Notes under the pieces: model-generated
What the model was told of the DNA's origin: nothing
The model's database searches: none
The model's input: only the letters and a program-made list of their open reading frames with translations
In this document: piece after piece, positions 8,326 through 17,092 of the stretch
How the letters are laid out: each line of letters starts with the position of its first letter
How positions within the stretch are numbered: the first letter of the stretch is position 1
DNA from: Lentisphaeria bacterium
Lineage (GTDB): Bacteria > Verrucomicrobiota > Lentisphaeria > JABSQK01 > JAWLHB01
NCBI GenBank assembly: GCA_041690595.1
Contig: JAWLHB010000009.1
Location: forward strand, 142,538 to 206,537
Direction of reading: 5' to 3'
DNA: 64,000 bases
Made by a program: the position numbers and the translations under genes

Positions 8326-10335
8326 ATGTCAGCGCAATCCGATAATCTGGACCCTGAGAAGAAGGATGCCGCATTTGGGCGCGACGCCATCCCCGTCCTT
8401 GTCGGGGAAGATGATGAAGGCATGTGTCGGCTGATTCAGCGGGTCCTCGAACGCGAAGGCTTTCGCGTCACCACCGCCACCAGCGGCAACGGCGTTCTCG
8501 CACAGCTTGAATCCCTGCAGGGAGAAGCTGTCCTCCTTCTCGATTATGATCTCACCGACATGCAGGCCGACGCCGTCGCGCTGGAGTGGCAGAAACGCCG
8601 GCGCCGTCCCACCTTCGTCATCATGACCGGCAAGGGCGACGAATCCCTTGCCGTCAAGCTCATGAAGCTCGGAGCCACCGATTACCTCGTCAAGGACTCC
8701 ACCCTCCTCAACCGCTTGCCGCGTGTCCTGGACGCCGCCCTCGAACGACGTTCCACGCAACAACGCCTGGAAGACGCCGAAGAACTCCTCCGCCAGAACC
8801 AGGCCCGCATGGACCTCGCCCTCTGGGCCGCCGAAGCCACCCCCTGGGAATGGCAGGTTCACAACGACGAGCTGCGCTTCGGCAAACTCCTCTCTTCCCT
8901 GCTTGGCGAAGATGAGCACGAACAATGCCTGCCCTTCGCCGATTGGCTGGCACGCATCCACGTCGACGATCGCGATCGTACCGCCGCCGCCTTCGCCCGC
9001 CTGAAATCCGGTCGCCGCCCGCTCCTCGAGGTCGACTACCGCGTTGCCGGTACCGCTGGTCGTTGGCACTGGCTCATGCAGCGCGGCAAAGGGGTTGATT
9101 ATGCCGACGGCGGACAGCTGCTTCGGGCAGCGGGAACCATCGTCGAAACCACCGCCCAGCGGGAGTTGGAAGGGCAGCTTCGCGATGCGCAGAAGATGGA
9201 GGCCATCGGCCGACTGGCGGGCGGAATCGCCCACGACTTCAACAATCTCATGACCATCGTCATCGGCAACTGCCAGCTGGGTCTGCAGCGGCCCGATGAG
9301 CCAGCCAAGATGTGCGAACGCTTCGAACGCATCATGAAAGCCGCCAAACGGGCCGGCGATCTCACTCGACAACTCCTCGCCTTCAGCCGCCGACAGGTTC
9401 TCCTCCCCAGGCAGGTCGCCGTCAACGACGTCATCGGCAATTTCATCGAGATGGTCGACCGAACCATCGGGGAAGATATCGAGCTACAGGCCAAGCTCGG
9501 TACCGAGAAGATGACCGTCTACGCGGATCCCGGACAGCTTGAACAGGTTCTCCTCAATCTCGCCATCAACTCGCGTGAAGCCATGCCGGGTGGCGGCAAG
9601 CTGGTCGTCCGCACCTTCTCCCTGAACCGCGCCGAATACTACCTCCGCTATACCGAAAAGACCGACGCGGCCAACATGGTTTGCATCCAGGTCGAAGATA
9701 ACGGCAAGGGCATCGACGCAGAGCAGCTCAAGAACATCTTCGAACCCTTCTACACCACCAAGGAACCGGGCAGCGGCACCGGGCTCGGCCTCGCCACCGT
9801 CTATGGCATCATCAAGCAGAGCGGCGGCCATGTCGCCGTGCGCAGCGCCCCCGGTCAGGGCACCTGCTTCGACATCTGTCTTCCCATGATCAATGGCGAC
9901 GGCACCGACGAAAAGGCCGATACCGGCGAGCTGCCCGGTCTTGGCGCCGGCACCGAACATGTCCTCGTCGTGGAAGATGAACTGCTCGTCCGCCAGATGG
10001 CCAGGGAATCCCTGGAATCGCTTGGGTACCGCGTCCTCGAAGCCGAAAATGGTGCCGAGGCCCTCCGCGTCTATCTCGAACATCGGGATGAGATAGACAT
10101 CGTGGTCTCCGACATGATCATGCCCGTGATGAGCGGTCAGGAACTGGCCACGCGTCTCCGCGCCATCGCCCCCAGCCTCCCCCTCATCTTCATGTCCGGC
10201 TATCCCCTCCAGCACGACAAGATCCTCAACCAGCTCGGCGATTACACCGTGTACCTGCAGAAGCCCTTTTCCCCCATCCGCCTCTGCAACCTCGTCCGCT
10301 CCACCCTTGACGCCATCCCCAGTTCCAGCGATTAG
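8326..10335 (+). CDS. Hybrid sensor histidine kinase REC-PAS-HisKA-HATPase-REC (CckA-like)
   Basis: N-terminal receiver, PAS/PAC (IHVDDR), H-box GGIAHDFNN, N-box QVLLNLAINS, G boxes DNGKG and FYTTK..G.GTGLGL, C-terminal receiver; no TM segment. Confidence 0.92.
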   Translation: MSAQSDNLDPEKKDAAFGRDAIPVLVGEDDEGMCRLIQRVLEREGFRVTTATSGNGVLAQLESLQGEAVLLLDYDLTDMQADAVALEWQKRRRRPTFVIMTGKGDESLAVKLMKLGATDYLVKDSTLLNRLPRVLDAALERRSTQQRLEDAEELLRQNQARMDLALWAAEATPWEWQVHNDELRFGKLLSSLLGEDEHEQCLPFADWLARIHVDDRDRTAAAFARLKSGRRPLLEVDYRVAGTAGRWHWLMQRGKGVDYADGGQLLRAAGTIVETTAQRELEGQLRDAQKMEAIGRLAGGIAHDFNNLMTIVIGNCQLGLQRPDEPAKMCERFERIMKAAKRAGDLTRQLLAFSRRQVLLPRQVAVNDVIGNFIEMVDRTIGEDIELQAKLGTEKMTVYADPGQLEQVLLNLAINSREAMPGGGKLVVRTFSLNRAEYYLRYTEKTDAANMVCIQVEDNGKGIDAEQLKNIFEPFYTTKEPGSGTGLGLATVYGIIKQSGGHVAVRSAPGQGTCFDICLPMINGDGTDEKADTGELPGLGAGTEHVLVVEDELLVRQMARESLESLGYRVLEAENGAEALRVYLEHRDEIDIVVSDMIMPVMSGQELATRLRAIAPSLPLIFMSGYPLQHDKILNQLGDYTVYLQKPFSPIRLCNLVRSTLDAIPSSSD

Positions 10336-10344
10336 CTGGAGCCG

Positions 10345-11127
10345 TCAGCGTGACTTGGGGGACCAGGGAATGAAGGCGCTGGTGGTACGGCAGTAATCGG
10401 CATAGTCGGATCGGTGACTGAGAGCCTGCTTCTCGGTATGCGGTATGCCGGTGACCTTCCACAGAAAGAGGAGCATGATCAACGGACCTGCCACGCCCCA
10501 TCCCCACCAGGGGGAGCCGATCGCGAAGCAGAGATAGGCAAACCAGTGCAGCCACTCGAAGAAGTAGTTGGGGTGGCGCGAGTAGCGCCAGAGCCCCTGG
10601 CGGCAGGTAGTCCCACGGTTGGCGGCGTTTTCGCGAAAGCGAGTCAACTGGCGATCGGCGATGAATTCCCCGACCAGCGCAACGCCGCCGATGAGAAGTC
10701 CGATCATATCCCAGCCACGCATCCAGGGTGCGGGGTTGGCGGCCGCGGCGAAGATCGGGGCGGCAAAGAGCAAGATGAAGCCGGCCTGGAGCTGAAAGAA
10801 GAGAAAGAAGCCCACCTGAGCGTAGGCCCCCATGGCGCGCCGCATGCGATCATATCGCCCATCCTCCTCAGCCTTGCCGTTGAAAACGCGTTTGAAGAGA
10901 ATGAAGCTGCCCAGGCGGGCGGACCAGATGAAGGCCAGCAGACAAACGACGAGGGTCCGCGCCGACTCTCCAGGTGCCCAGAGAAAGAAGGCGATGGCTG
11001 CCCCGGTCAGGCCGTAGGCCCAGCCGGCATCGACGATGCCCGCGTCGTGGGTGAAGAATTGTATGAGCCAGAGGAGGGTCATCCAGACAGCGGCACCGAT
11101 AGCCAGATAGAGGAAGATCGATATCAT
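10345..11127 (-). CDS. DUF1295 family (steroid 5-alpha-reductase-like) membrane protein
   Basis: IVDAGW, EDGRY, ADRQL..F, GLWRYSRHPNYFFEW, Y...TSAFIPW. Confidence 0.9.
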   Translation of the reverse strand: MISIFLYLAIGAAVWMTLLWLIQFFTHDAGIVDAGWAYGLTGAAIAFFLWAPGESARTLVVCLLAFIWSARLGSFILFKRVFNGKAEEDGRYDRMRRAMGAYAQVGFFLFFQLQAGFILLFAAPIFAAAANPAPWMRGWDMIGLLIGGVALVGEFIADRQLTRFRENAANRGTTCRQGLWRYSRHPNYFFEWLHWFAYLCFAIGSPWWGWGVAGPLIMLLFLWKVTGIPHTEKQALSHRSDYADYCRTTSAFIPWSPKSR

Positions 11128-11663
11128 GATGAACGCTCGGGGTTGACGGTATTGGATTGGCAGTGGCTTTCAATTGCGGCATGTGCAAAGAGCAGCAGTG
11201 GCATGCAGAGAGCCCATTCGATGGCCACCGGAAACAGGCCGGCAGGCAGGCTGACCGCACCGAGTCTGGCACCGCTGGCGTAGGCAAGCGGCCCACCGAC
11301 CGCGCCAAGGAGCGCCGCCAGAACATAGCGCTGGCGCAGCCAGCCCAGTGAGCAGGGAAGAGCAGTAGCCAGATTTACCCAGAGGCAGATCATGAAGGGC
11401 GGGCTGAGAGGGTATGACCAGCGAGGATAGGTGATCGCGCCAGTCTGTGCAAGGATGGTATCGGCCATCAACCCCAAGGCAGCGGCCGCTGCGGCAACGG
11501 CAAGGATCTGGCATCCAGGCGTCAGCCAGCGGCGGTGCACTTCCAGGCTGAGCGCGACCGTCACGGGTCCTGCCCAGCCTGGCCCAACCGCGGCGTCCAG
11601 GACAACCACGAACCAGACGAGTTGGACGAGGATCAGATTGGCGATGAAAGGGCTCATCTTCAT
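11124..11663 (-). CDS. DUF2878 family membrane protein
   Basis: N.IL.Q..WF, PP.MICLW, SLGWL, GAVGGPLAY.SGARLGAV. Confidence 0.85.
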   Translation of the reverse strand: MKMSPFIANLILVQLVWFVVVLDAAVGPGWAGPVTVALSLEVHRRWLTPGCQILAVAAAAAALGLMADTILAQTGAITYPRWSYPLSPPFMICLWVNLATALPCSLGWLRQRYVLAALLGAVGGPLAYASGARLGAVSLPAGLFPVAIEWALCMPLLLFAHAAIESHCQSNTVNPERSS

Positions 11664-12949
11664 ACGCTCAATACGGGGGGTAGTTGGCAGCGGGGCTTGG
11701 TCAGCAGCATCTGCACATCGCCCAGGCAGCGTTCGGCAAAGCCCCCCTCGCAGTAGGAGAAGTAATAGTCCCAGAGCCGGATGAACGCGTCAGAGAAGCC
11801 GAGGGCGCGTACCTCGTCGAGGCGGTCGAAAAAGCGCTGCCGCCAATCGTGAAGCGTACGGGCGTAGTGTGGGCCGATATCTTCAAGATGAAAGAGGCGC
11901 AGGTCGCTCTCCTGGCGGATGGCGGTGGTCATCGAGTGGATCGACGGGATGCTGCTGCCGGGGAAAACGTAACGCTGTATGAAGTCAACGGAACGCCGGG
12001 CACCATCGTAGAGCCGGTCGTCGATCGTGATTGCCTGCAGGAGCATGCTGCCGTCGGGCTTGAGCAGTCGTGAGCAGGTACGGAAATATTCACCCACATA
12101 CTGCCAGCCAACGGCCTCGATCATCTCGATCGATACCAGCTTGTCGTACTGACCTTTCAACTGGCGGTAGTCGTTGAGCAGGACGCTGACACGGTCCGCG
12201 AGACCGGCGTCGGCGACACGCTCGACCGCCAGTTTGTGCTGTTCGGCGGAGATGGTCGTGGTCGTGACGCGGCAGCCATACCGGGTAGCTGCATGGATGG
12301 CGAAGCCCCCCCACCCGGTACCGATCTCCAGAACATGATCGGCCGGCGTCAGAGCCAGCTTGCGGCAGATGCGGTCGACCTTTTCGATGGCAGCCTCTTC
12401 CAGGCTGGTGTCGGCGCGCGGATAGACGGCGGCTGAATACATCATCGTCGGGTCGAGAAAGAGCGCAAAGAAGTCGTTGCTCAGATCGTAGTGCGTGGCG
12501 ATGTTTCGGCGGCTACCGGCGACGGTGTTGCGGTGCATGGCGTGGATGGCTTTGCGTACGGGGGAGGCTAACCTGGCGAAGCCGCCCTCCATGCCGTCGA
12601 GCACCTCGCGGTTGCGAATGAAGAGGCGGACGAGGTCAGTCAGGTTGGGGCTGCGCCAGAACCCCCGCATGAATGCTTCGGCGGCGCCAATGCTGCCGCC
12701 GAGCACGGTATCCGCGTAGAAAGCGGGATCGTCGACGATCAGTTCTGTATCGAGATCGGTGTCGCCGGGCTGTCCGTAGGTCGCGGTGGTGCCATCTTCA
12801 TGGAGGCGGAGGCGCCCGTGGCGAAGGCGGCTGAGTTGGCGATGCAGAAGGGAACGGCAAACGCTGGTTACCCAATCGGACGAGCGGACGCGGTTCACGG
12901 CGGCGGGGCGTATGAGATCGGTGGCCAGAGTAGCGGAACGGAGGGTCAT
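11660..12949 (-). CDS. cfa: Cyclopropane-fatty-acyl-phospholipid synthase family SAM methyltransferase (UfaM-like)
   Basis: NIATHYDLSNDFF.LFLD..MMYS, VLEIGTGWGG, DYR, SIEMIEAVG, FIQRYVFPG, W.YY..YCEGGF. Confidence 0.9.
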   Translation of the reverse strand: MTLRSATLATDLIRPAAVNRVRSSDWVTSVCRSLLHRQLSRLRHGRLRLHEDGTTATYGQPGDTDLDTELIVDDPAFYADTVLGGSIGAAEAFMRGFWRSPNLTDLVRLFIRNREVLDGMEGGFARLASPVRKAIHAMHRNTVAGSRRNIATHYDLSNDFFALFLDPTMMYSAAVYPRADTSLEEAAIEKVDRICRKLALTPADHVLEIGTGWGGFAIHAATRYGCRVTTTTISAEQHKLAVERVADAGLADRVSVLLNDYRQLKGQYDKLVSIEMIEAVGWQYVGEYFRTCSRLLKPDGSMLLQAITIDDRLYDGARRSVDFIQRYVFPGSSIPSIHSMTTAIRQESDLRLFHLEDIGPHYARTLHDWRQRFFDRLDEVRALGFSDAFIRLWDYYFSYCEGGFAERCLGDVQMLLTKPRCQLPPVLSV

Positions 12950-12962
12950 GACATCGACTCCA

Positions 12963-13739
12963 TTAGTCAGTGGTGGCTGTCTGAGGGTGGTGATGGAAAG
13001 GGGTGCCCTTGCACCAGTGGCGAAAAGCCTGCCAGTAGATGCCGGCCACCACGCGGATGGTCATCAGCGGATACTCCGCGAGGACGCGGGTCAGGGCCAG
13101 ACCGGTTATCGGTCGGCGCTTCAGGGTGAGCGTTGCGTCGAAGACTTTGTCGCCCTGCCGCCAGTTCTCCATGTGCACATTGAGATGCTCACCGGGCTGC
13201 CGGAAGCGCCAGTCATAGGTCATGTCCATGCCCATGAACGGGGAAACATGGAAGCGCTTGGGCATCCGCCATTGGAGGAAGTGGGGGCTGGGGTGCTCGC
13301 TGTGGCGCCGGTCCAGAACGTAGGCGTGGCGCTCGCCCCACGGGGTGTTGGTGATCTCCGCGACAATCGCCTCGACCTGCTGCCCATCGGCGCTGAAGCA
13401 GTAGTAGAAGCTGACCGGGTTAAAAATGTGCCCCGCGTATCGCAGATGGGTGAGCAGGCGTATCGGACCGACCGGCTCCCAGCCGAGGCGACGCTTGACC
13501 AACTCCCGCACGGCCTCGTCCAGCGGCAGCGTGGCCGGACCAAGATAATCGGCACGGCGAAACCAGGCCGGGGCCGGCCGTCGCGCCGACCAGAGCGGAT
13601 TGACGTCGAAGAGGTCAGGCAATTCCGCAAGGTCGATATACATCATGCAGAGCCGGTAGCGGAAGGCGTGGGGACGCAAGCCGTTGCGGCGGTGGCGTAC
13701 CCAACCGGCGTAGATGCAGCTTTTCGGATCGGTAATCAT
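12963..13739 (-). CDS. DUF1365 family protein (UfaO-like)
   Basis: G.VRHRR...HAFRY, FNPVSFYYC, EITNTPWGERH.Y, K.FHVSPFM, IYWQA. Confidence 0.92.
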   Translation of the reverse strand: MITDPKSCIYAGWVRHRRNGLRPHAFRYRLCMMYIDLAELPDLFDVNPLWSARRPAPAWFRRADYLGPATLPLDEAVRELVKRRLGWEPVGPIRLLTHLRYAGHIFNPVSFYYCFSADGQQVEAIVAEITNTPWGERHAYVLDRRHSEHPSPHFLQWRMPKRFHVSPFMGMDMTYDWRFRQPGEHLNVHMENWRQGDKVFDATLTLKRRPITGLALTRVLAEYPLMTIRVVAGIYWQAFRHWCKGTPFHHHPQTATTD

Positions 13740-14995
13740 GCGATGACACTCTCCTGATTGTACGCCAGACCTCGACAGACTTCCAGAGCGCTCACGACCC
13801 CATCCTCATGGAAGCCGTTGCGCCAGTAGGCTCCGCAATAGTGGGTGCGCTCGCGGCCACTGATCTCGCCGTGACGGGCCTGCGCGGCCACTCCCGCCGC
13901 TGTCATGAGCGGATGATGATACGTGTAGCTGCCGAGAATCGTGGCGGGATCGATGCGGTCGCGGCAGTTGAGGCTGACAAGGTACTCCTCGTCGGCGGTG
14001 AGCGATTGCAGGATGTTCATGTTGTAGGTCACCGCGACGCGTTCCCGAGCATGGCGCGGCAGGTGGTAGTTCCAGGCGGCCCAGGCAAGGCGACGGCGCG
14101 GCATCAGGGAAGCGTCCGTGTGCAGCACCACGTCGTTCTCCTGGTAAGGAAGGGCTCCCAGGATCGCCCGCTCACTGGGCGTGGGGTCGGCCAGCAGGCG
14201 CAGCGCCTGGTCGCTGTGGGTCGCCACGATGACATGGTCGAACTCTTCCGCTTCACCGTTGACCGGGATCACCTGCACATGGTCCTCGGAACGACGGATC
14301 CCGGCGACCGGCGTCCGCAGTCGAATACGATGTCCGAAGGGTTTGATGAGCGCATCCACGTAGCGGCGCGAGCCGCCCTGTACGACCCGCCACCGCGGCC
14401 GGTCGCTGACGCTCAGCATGCCGTGGTTCTTGAAAAAGCGAATGAAGAAGCGAACCGGAAAGCGGAGCATGGCATCCGCCGGCGCGGACCATATGGCGGC
14501 CCCCATGGGAATGACGTAGTGCTCTCGGAAGTGGTCCGAGTAACCGTTGGCGGTCAGATAGTCACCGAGCGTAAGGGTATCTTCACCGTCGGTAGCCATG
14601 GCAGGAGCTTCGCGGTTGAAGCGAAGGATGTCGCGGATCATCCGGTGAAAGCTTGGTCGGAAAAGGTTGCTTCGCTGGGCAAAGAGCGTGTTGAGGCTGG
14701 TACCGTTGTACTCCAGGCCGCTGCGCTCGCAACGCACACTGAAGCTCATCTCCGTCGGCTGAGAATCGACGCCCAATTCGTCCAGCAGGCGGATGAAGTT
14801 GGGATAGGTCCAGTCGTTGAAGACGATGAAACCGGTGTCGATCTCCCAGGTGCGCCCGCCGCGCTCCACCTCGACCGTGTGGGTGTGGCCGCCGACCCAG
14901 TCGCTGCTTTCGAAGAGGGTCAGGTCATGCTCGCGATGCAGGCGGTGGGCGCAGGTCAGGCCGGCGATGCCGGTACCGATAATGGCTATCTTCAT
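13736..14995 (-). CDS. FAD-dependent oxidoreductase, amine-oxidase family (UfaD-like)
   Basis: MKIAIIGTGIAGL Rossmann motif, GGHTHT, DTGFIVFN..TYPNF, AWAAWNY, CGAYW.NGFHEDG. True start at 14995, an ATGA overlap with the desaturase stop. Confidence 0.92.
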   Translation of the reverse strand: MKIAIIGTGIAGLTCAHRLHREHDLTLFESSDWVGGHTHTVEVERGGRTWEIDTGFIVFNDWTYPNFIRLLDELGVDSQPTEMSFSVRCERSGLEYNGTSLNTLFAQRSNLFRPSFHRMIRDILRFNREAPAMATDGEDTLTLGDYLTANGYSDHFREHYVIPMGAAIWSAPADAMLRFPVRFFIRFFKNHGMLSVSDRPRWRVVQGGSRRYVDALIKPFGHRIRLRTPVAGIRRSEDHVQVIPVNGEAEEFDHVIVATHSDQALRLLADPTPSERAILGALPYQENDVVLHTDASLMPRRRLAWAAWNYHLPRHARERVAVTYNMNILQSLTADEEYLVSLNCRDRIDPATILGSYTYHHPLMTAAGVAAQARHGEISGRERTHYCGAYWRNGFHEDGVVSALEVCRGLAYNQESVIA

Positions 14996-15924
14996 CGAGT
15001 CTTCTCCAGAAGGTTGCGATGGCGGACTTCGACGGGTACTGGGCGAATTGCCCACACCAGCCCCAGCCGGCCGAACAGACGCAGGATGTAGTAGGTGATG
15101 TCGATCTCCCACCAGTAATGACTCTGTCGGCAGGAGACAGCATAGCTGTGGTGGTTGTTGTGCCACCCTTCGCCCAGCGTAAGCAGGGCGAGCAGCAGGC
15201 TGTTGCGGCTGTCGTCGCCGGTGGCGTAGCGGGCACGTCCCAGCCGGTGGGCCAGCGAATTGATGCAGCAGGTCGCGTGGAAAACGATCACCGTCGAGAT
15301 TGCCCCTCCCCAGACCAGCAGTTGCCATCCGGAAGTCCCAAGAGCGGGCACGTATGCCCGCAGTACCTCACCCATCAGGTAGAGCAGCGCGAAGTAGAGC
15401 GCCGGGGCCACGATGTCATAGCGATCGAGGAAGCGCAGCTCCGGATACTTTGCCAGGTCGCGAACGGCAGACAAATCCGTTCGAAAATTGCGAGGGGTCA
15501 GAAACCAGAGGACATGACTCCACCAGAACCCATGCTGGCGAGGCGAATGAACGTCTTCGGTCGTGTCGGAGTACTGATGGTGCCTCCGGTGATGGGCGGC
15601 CCACCAGAGCGGACCGCGTTGGGCAGCGGAATTCCCCAGGACGGCAAAGACAAACTGGGTCACCCGTCCCGTCTGGAAGCTCTTGTGACTGAAATACCGA
15701 TGGTAGAATCCAGTTATCGCGAACATGCGGACCAGGTAACCCGCAACTGCCACGATCAGCGCCGTCCAACTCCAACCCACCCAGATGATGCCGAGACAAG
15801 CCGCATGCAGCGCAACGAAGGGAAGGACTCGAAGTCGATCGATCCGGTTCGCGTCGGCTGGAACCGGATCTTCGGCGGCGCCGGAATCGATCCAGAGCCG
15901 GATGGTATTCAATGGGCTCCTCAT
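14992..15924 (-). CDS. Fatty acid (delta-9-like) desaturase
   Basis: Three His boxes HRYFSH, HHRRHH and HNNHH (GEGWHNNHH). ATG at 15924 is preceded by GAGGAG; a GTG at 15969 is an alternative start. Confidence 0.92.
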   Translation of the reverse strand: MRSPLNTIRLWIDSGAAEDPVPADANRIDRLRVLPFVALHAACLGIIWVGWSWTALIVAVAGYLVRMFAITGFYHRYFSHKSFQTGRVTQFVFAVLGNSAAQRGPLWWAAHHRRHHQYSDTTEDVHSPRQHGFWWSHVLWFLTPRNFRTDLSAVRDLAKYPELRFLDRYDIVAPALYFALLYLMGEVLRAYVPALGTSGWQLLVWGGAISTVIVFHATCCINSLAHRLGRARYATGDDSRNSLLLALLTLGEGWHNNHHSYAVSCRQSHYWWEIDITYYILRLFGRLGLVWAIRPVPVEVRHRNLLEKTR

Positions 15925-15983
15925 GCTTCTCCTCAAAGGGTGCGCGGGTTGGTCGGGGATCTTCTTCACCTACAATAGCCGCA

Positions 15984-16013
15984 TGTCTAAGTTTTGTCTA
16001 TCTTGATCGTCAA
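15984..16013 (-). promoter_or_regulatory. Putative CarH operator and sigma70 promoter of the lipid operon
   Basis: On the minus strand TAGACA occurs at 15995-16000 and 15984-15989, exactly 11 bp apart; a -35-like TTGACG lies at 16008-16013. Confidence 0.65.
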
Positions 16014-16042
16014 AGCTTTGGCAATATATTTTGTTTTTTATA

Positions 16043-16075
16043 TCGACAACTTATAGAAACTTCTTCGACAACGAC
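16043..16075 (+). promoter_or_regulatory. Putative CarH autoregulatory operator (three 11-bp direct repeats)
   Basis: TCGACA(16043) actta TAGAAA(16054) cttct TCGACA(16065): 11-bp phasing of TnnACA-type hexamers just upstream of the regulator ATG at 16088. Confidence 0.7.
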
Positions 16076-16087
16076 TACTGTAAAGAT

Positions 16088-17035
16088 ATGAAAGACACCT
16101 CGAACTATCCGATTCGGGCGGTGAGCCAGCGCACCGGGCTGAGCGCTCATGTGATACGTGCCTGGGAGAAGCGGTATGGCTTCCCGGAGCCAGCTCGCAG
16201 CGAGACCAATCGCCGCTTTTACAGCCAGACTGACATCGAGACGCTGCTGCTGTTGAAGCAGCTTATCGACAAAGGTTACGCGATAGGCCAGATCGCCCGC
16301 CTGCAACCCGACGAGCTGCGTCAGCTGCTGGCTACAGTCTCTGGTTCCAAGGCGAACCGAGCGGAGGCAGGCACGGAGGCAGGAAGCGTCGCGGAGGAAA
16401 GTCTGGTCCGCTGCCTGGATGCCGTCAACGCGTTGTCTGCCGAAACGCTGCTGGCGGTTTTGCGCCAGGCCACGCTGACCCTCAGCAAGCCTCACCTGCT
16501 CGAAAAACTGATTTCACCGTTGATGGAGGAGATCGGTAACCGCTGGGAACGCGGCGAGCTGCGCGTGGCAAACGAACACATGGCGTCGGCCGTGGTGCGC
16601 ACCTTTCTGGTCAACCTGCTCGATGCCGCGACGCCTGACGCCGAGGCACCGGCCATCGTGGTGACCACACCGCGCGGGCAGACGCACGAGATCGGAGCGC
16701 TGATGGTCGCAGTTCGGGCCGCTTCGCTGGGTTGGCGGGTCACCTACCTGGGGGCCGATCTGCCGAGCGACGAAATCGGCGCCGCCGCGCTAACCCTGAA
16801 GGCAACGGCCATCGCGCTCAGCCTGGTGCATCCCGCGGGCCGCATCGAGGTGGTTCACGAGATACACGCGCTACATGATGCCTTACCGGCAGTACCGATC
16901 ATCGTCGGCGGCAGATCCATCGAGAGCTATCGTCTCCTTCTCGAAGCTCGTGGCATCGACTGTCTCGCCAGTCTGGCCGATCTGCCCGGCGCCCTCCAGC
17001 GCAAGGTCCATTCCCAGAAGCCCTCATTGCATTGA
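16088..17035 (+). CDS. CarH/LitR-type MerR-family regulator with cobalamin-binding domain (putative AdoB12 photoreceptor)
   Basis: MerR HTH with IRAWEKRYG; W-x9-EH (WERGELRVANEH); B12 motif QTHEIG...YLGADLP...ALSLV...IVGG. Confidence 0.9.
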   Translation: MKDTSNYPIRAVSQRTGLSAHVIRAWEKRYGFPEPARSETNRRFYSQTDIETLLLLKQLIDKGYAIGQIARLQPDELRQLLATVSGSKANRAEAGTEAGSVAEESLVRCLDAVNALSAETLLAVLRQATLTLSKPHLLEKLISPLMEEIGNRWERGELRVANEHMASAVVRTFLVNLLDAATPDAEAPAIVVTTPRGQTHEIGALMVAVRAASLGWRVTYLGADLPSDEIGAAALTLKATAIALSLVHPAGRIEVVHEIHALHDALPAVPIIVGGRSIESYRLLLEARGIDCLASLADLPGALQRKVHSQKPSLH

Positions 17036-17092
17036 TCGAGATCCCGTGGCAAACGAGGGACGAGCTTCTCGTTGCCCCGGAGAAGTGACGGA

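Noticed and set aside
13736-15328. 530-aa N-terminally extended oxidoreductase, suggesting a fusion
   Set aside because: The extension overlaps the desaturase in another frame; the Rossmann motif begins at the ATG at 14995.
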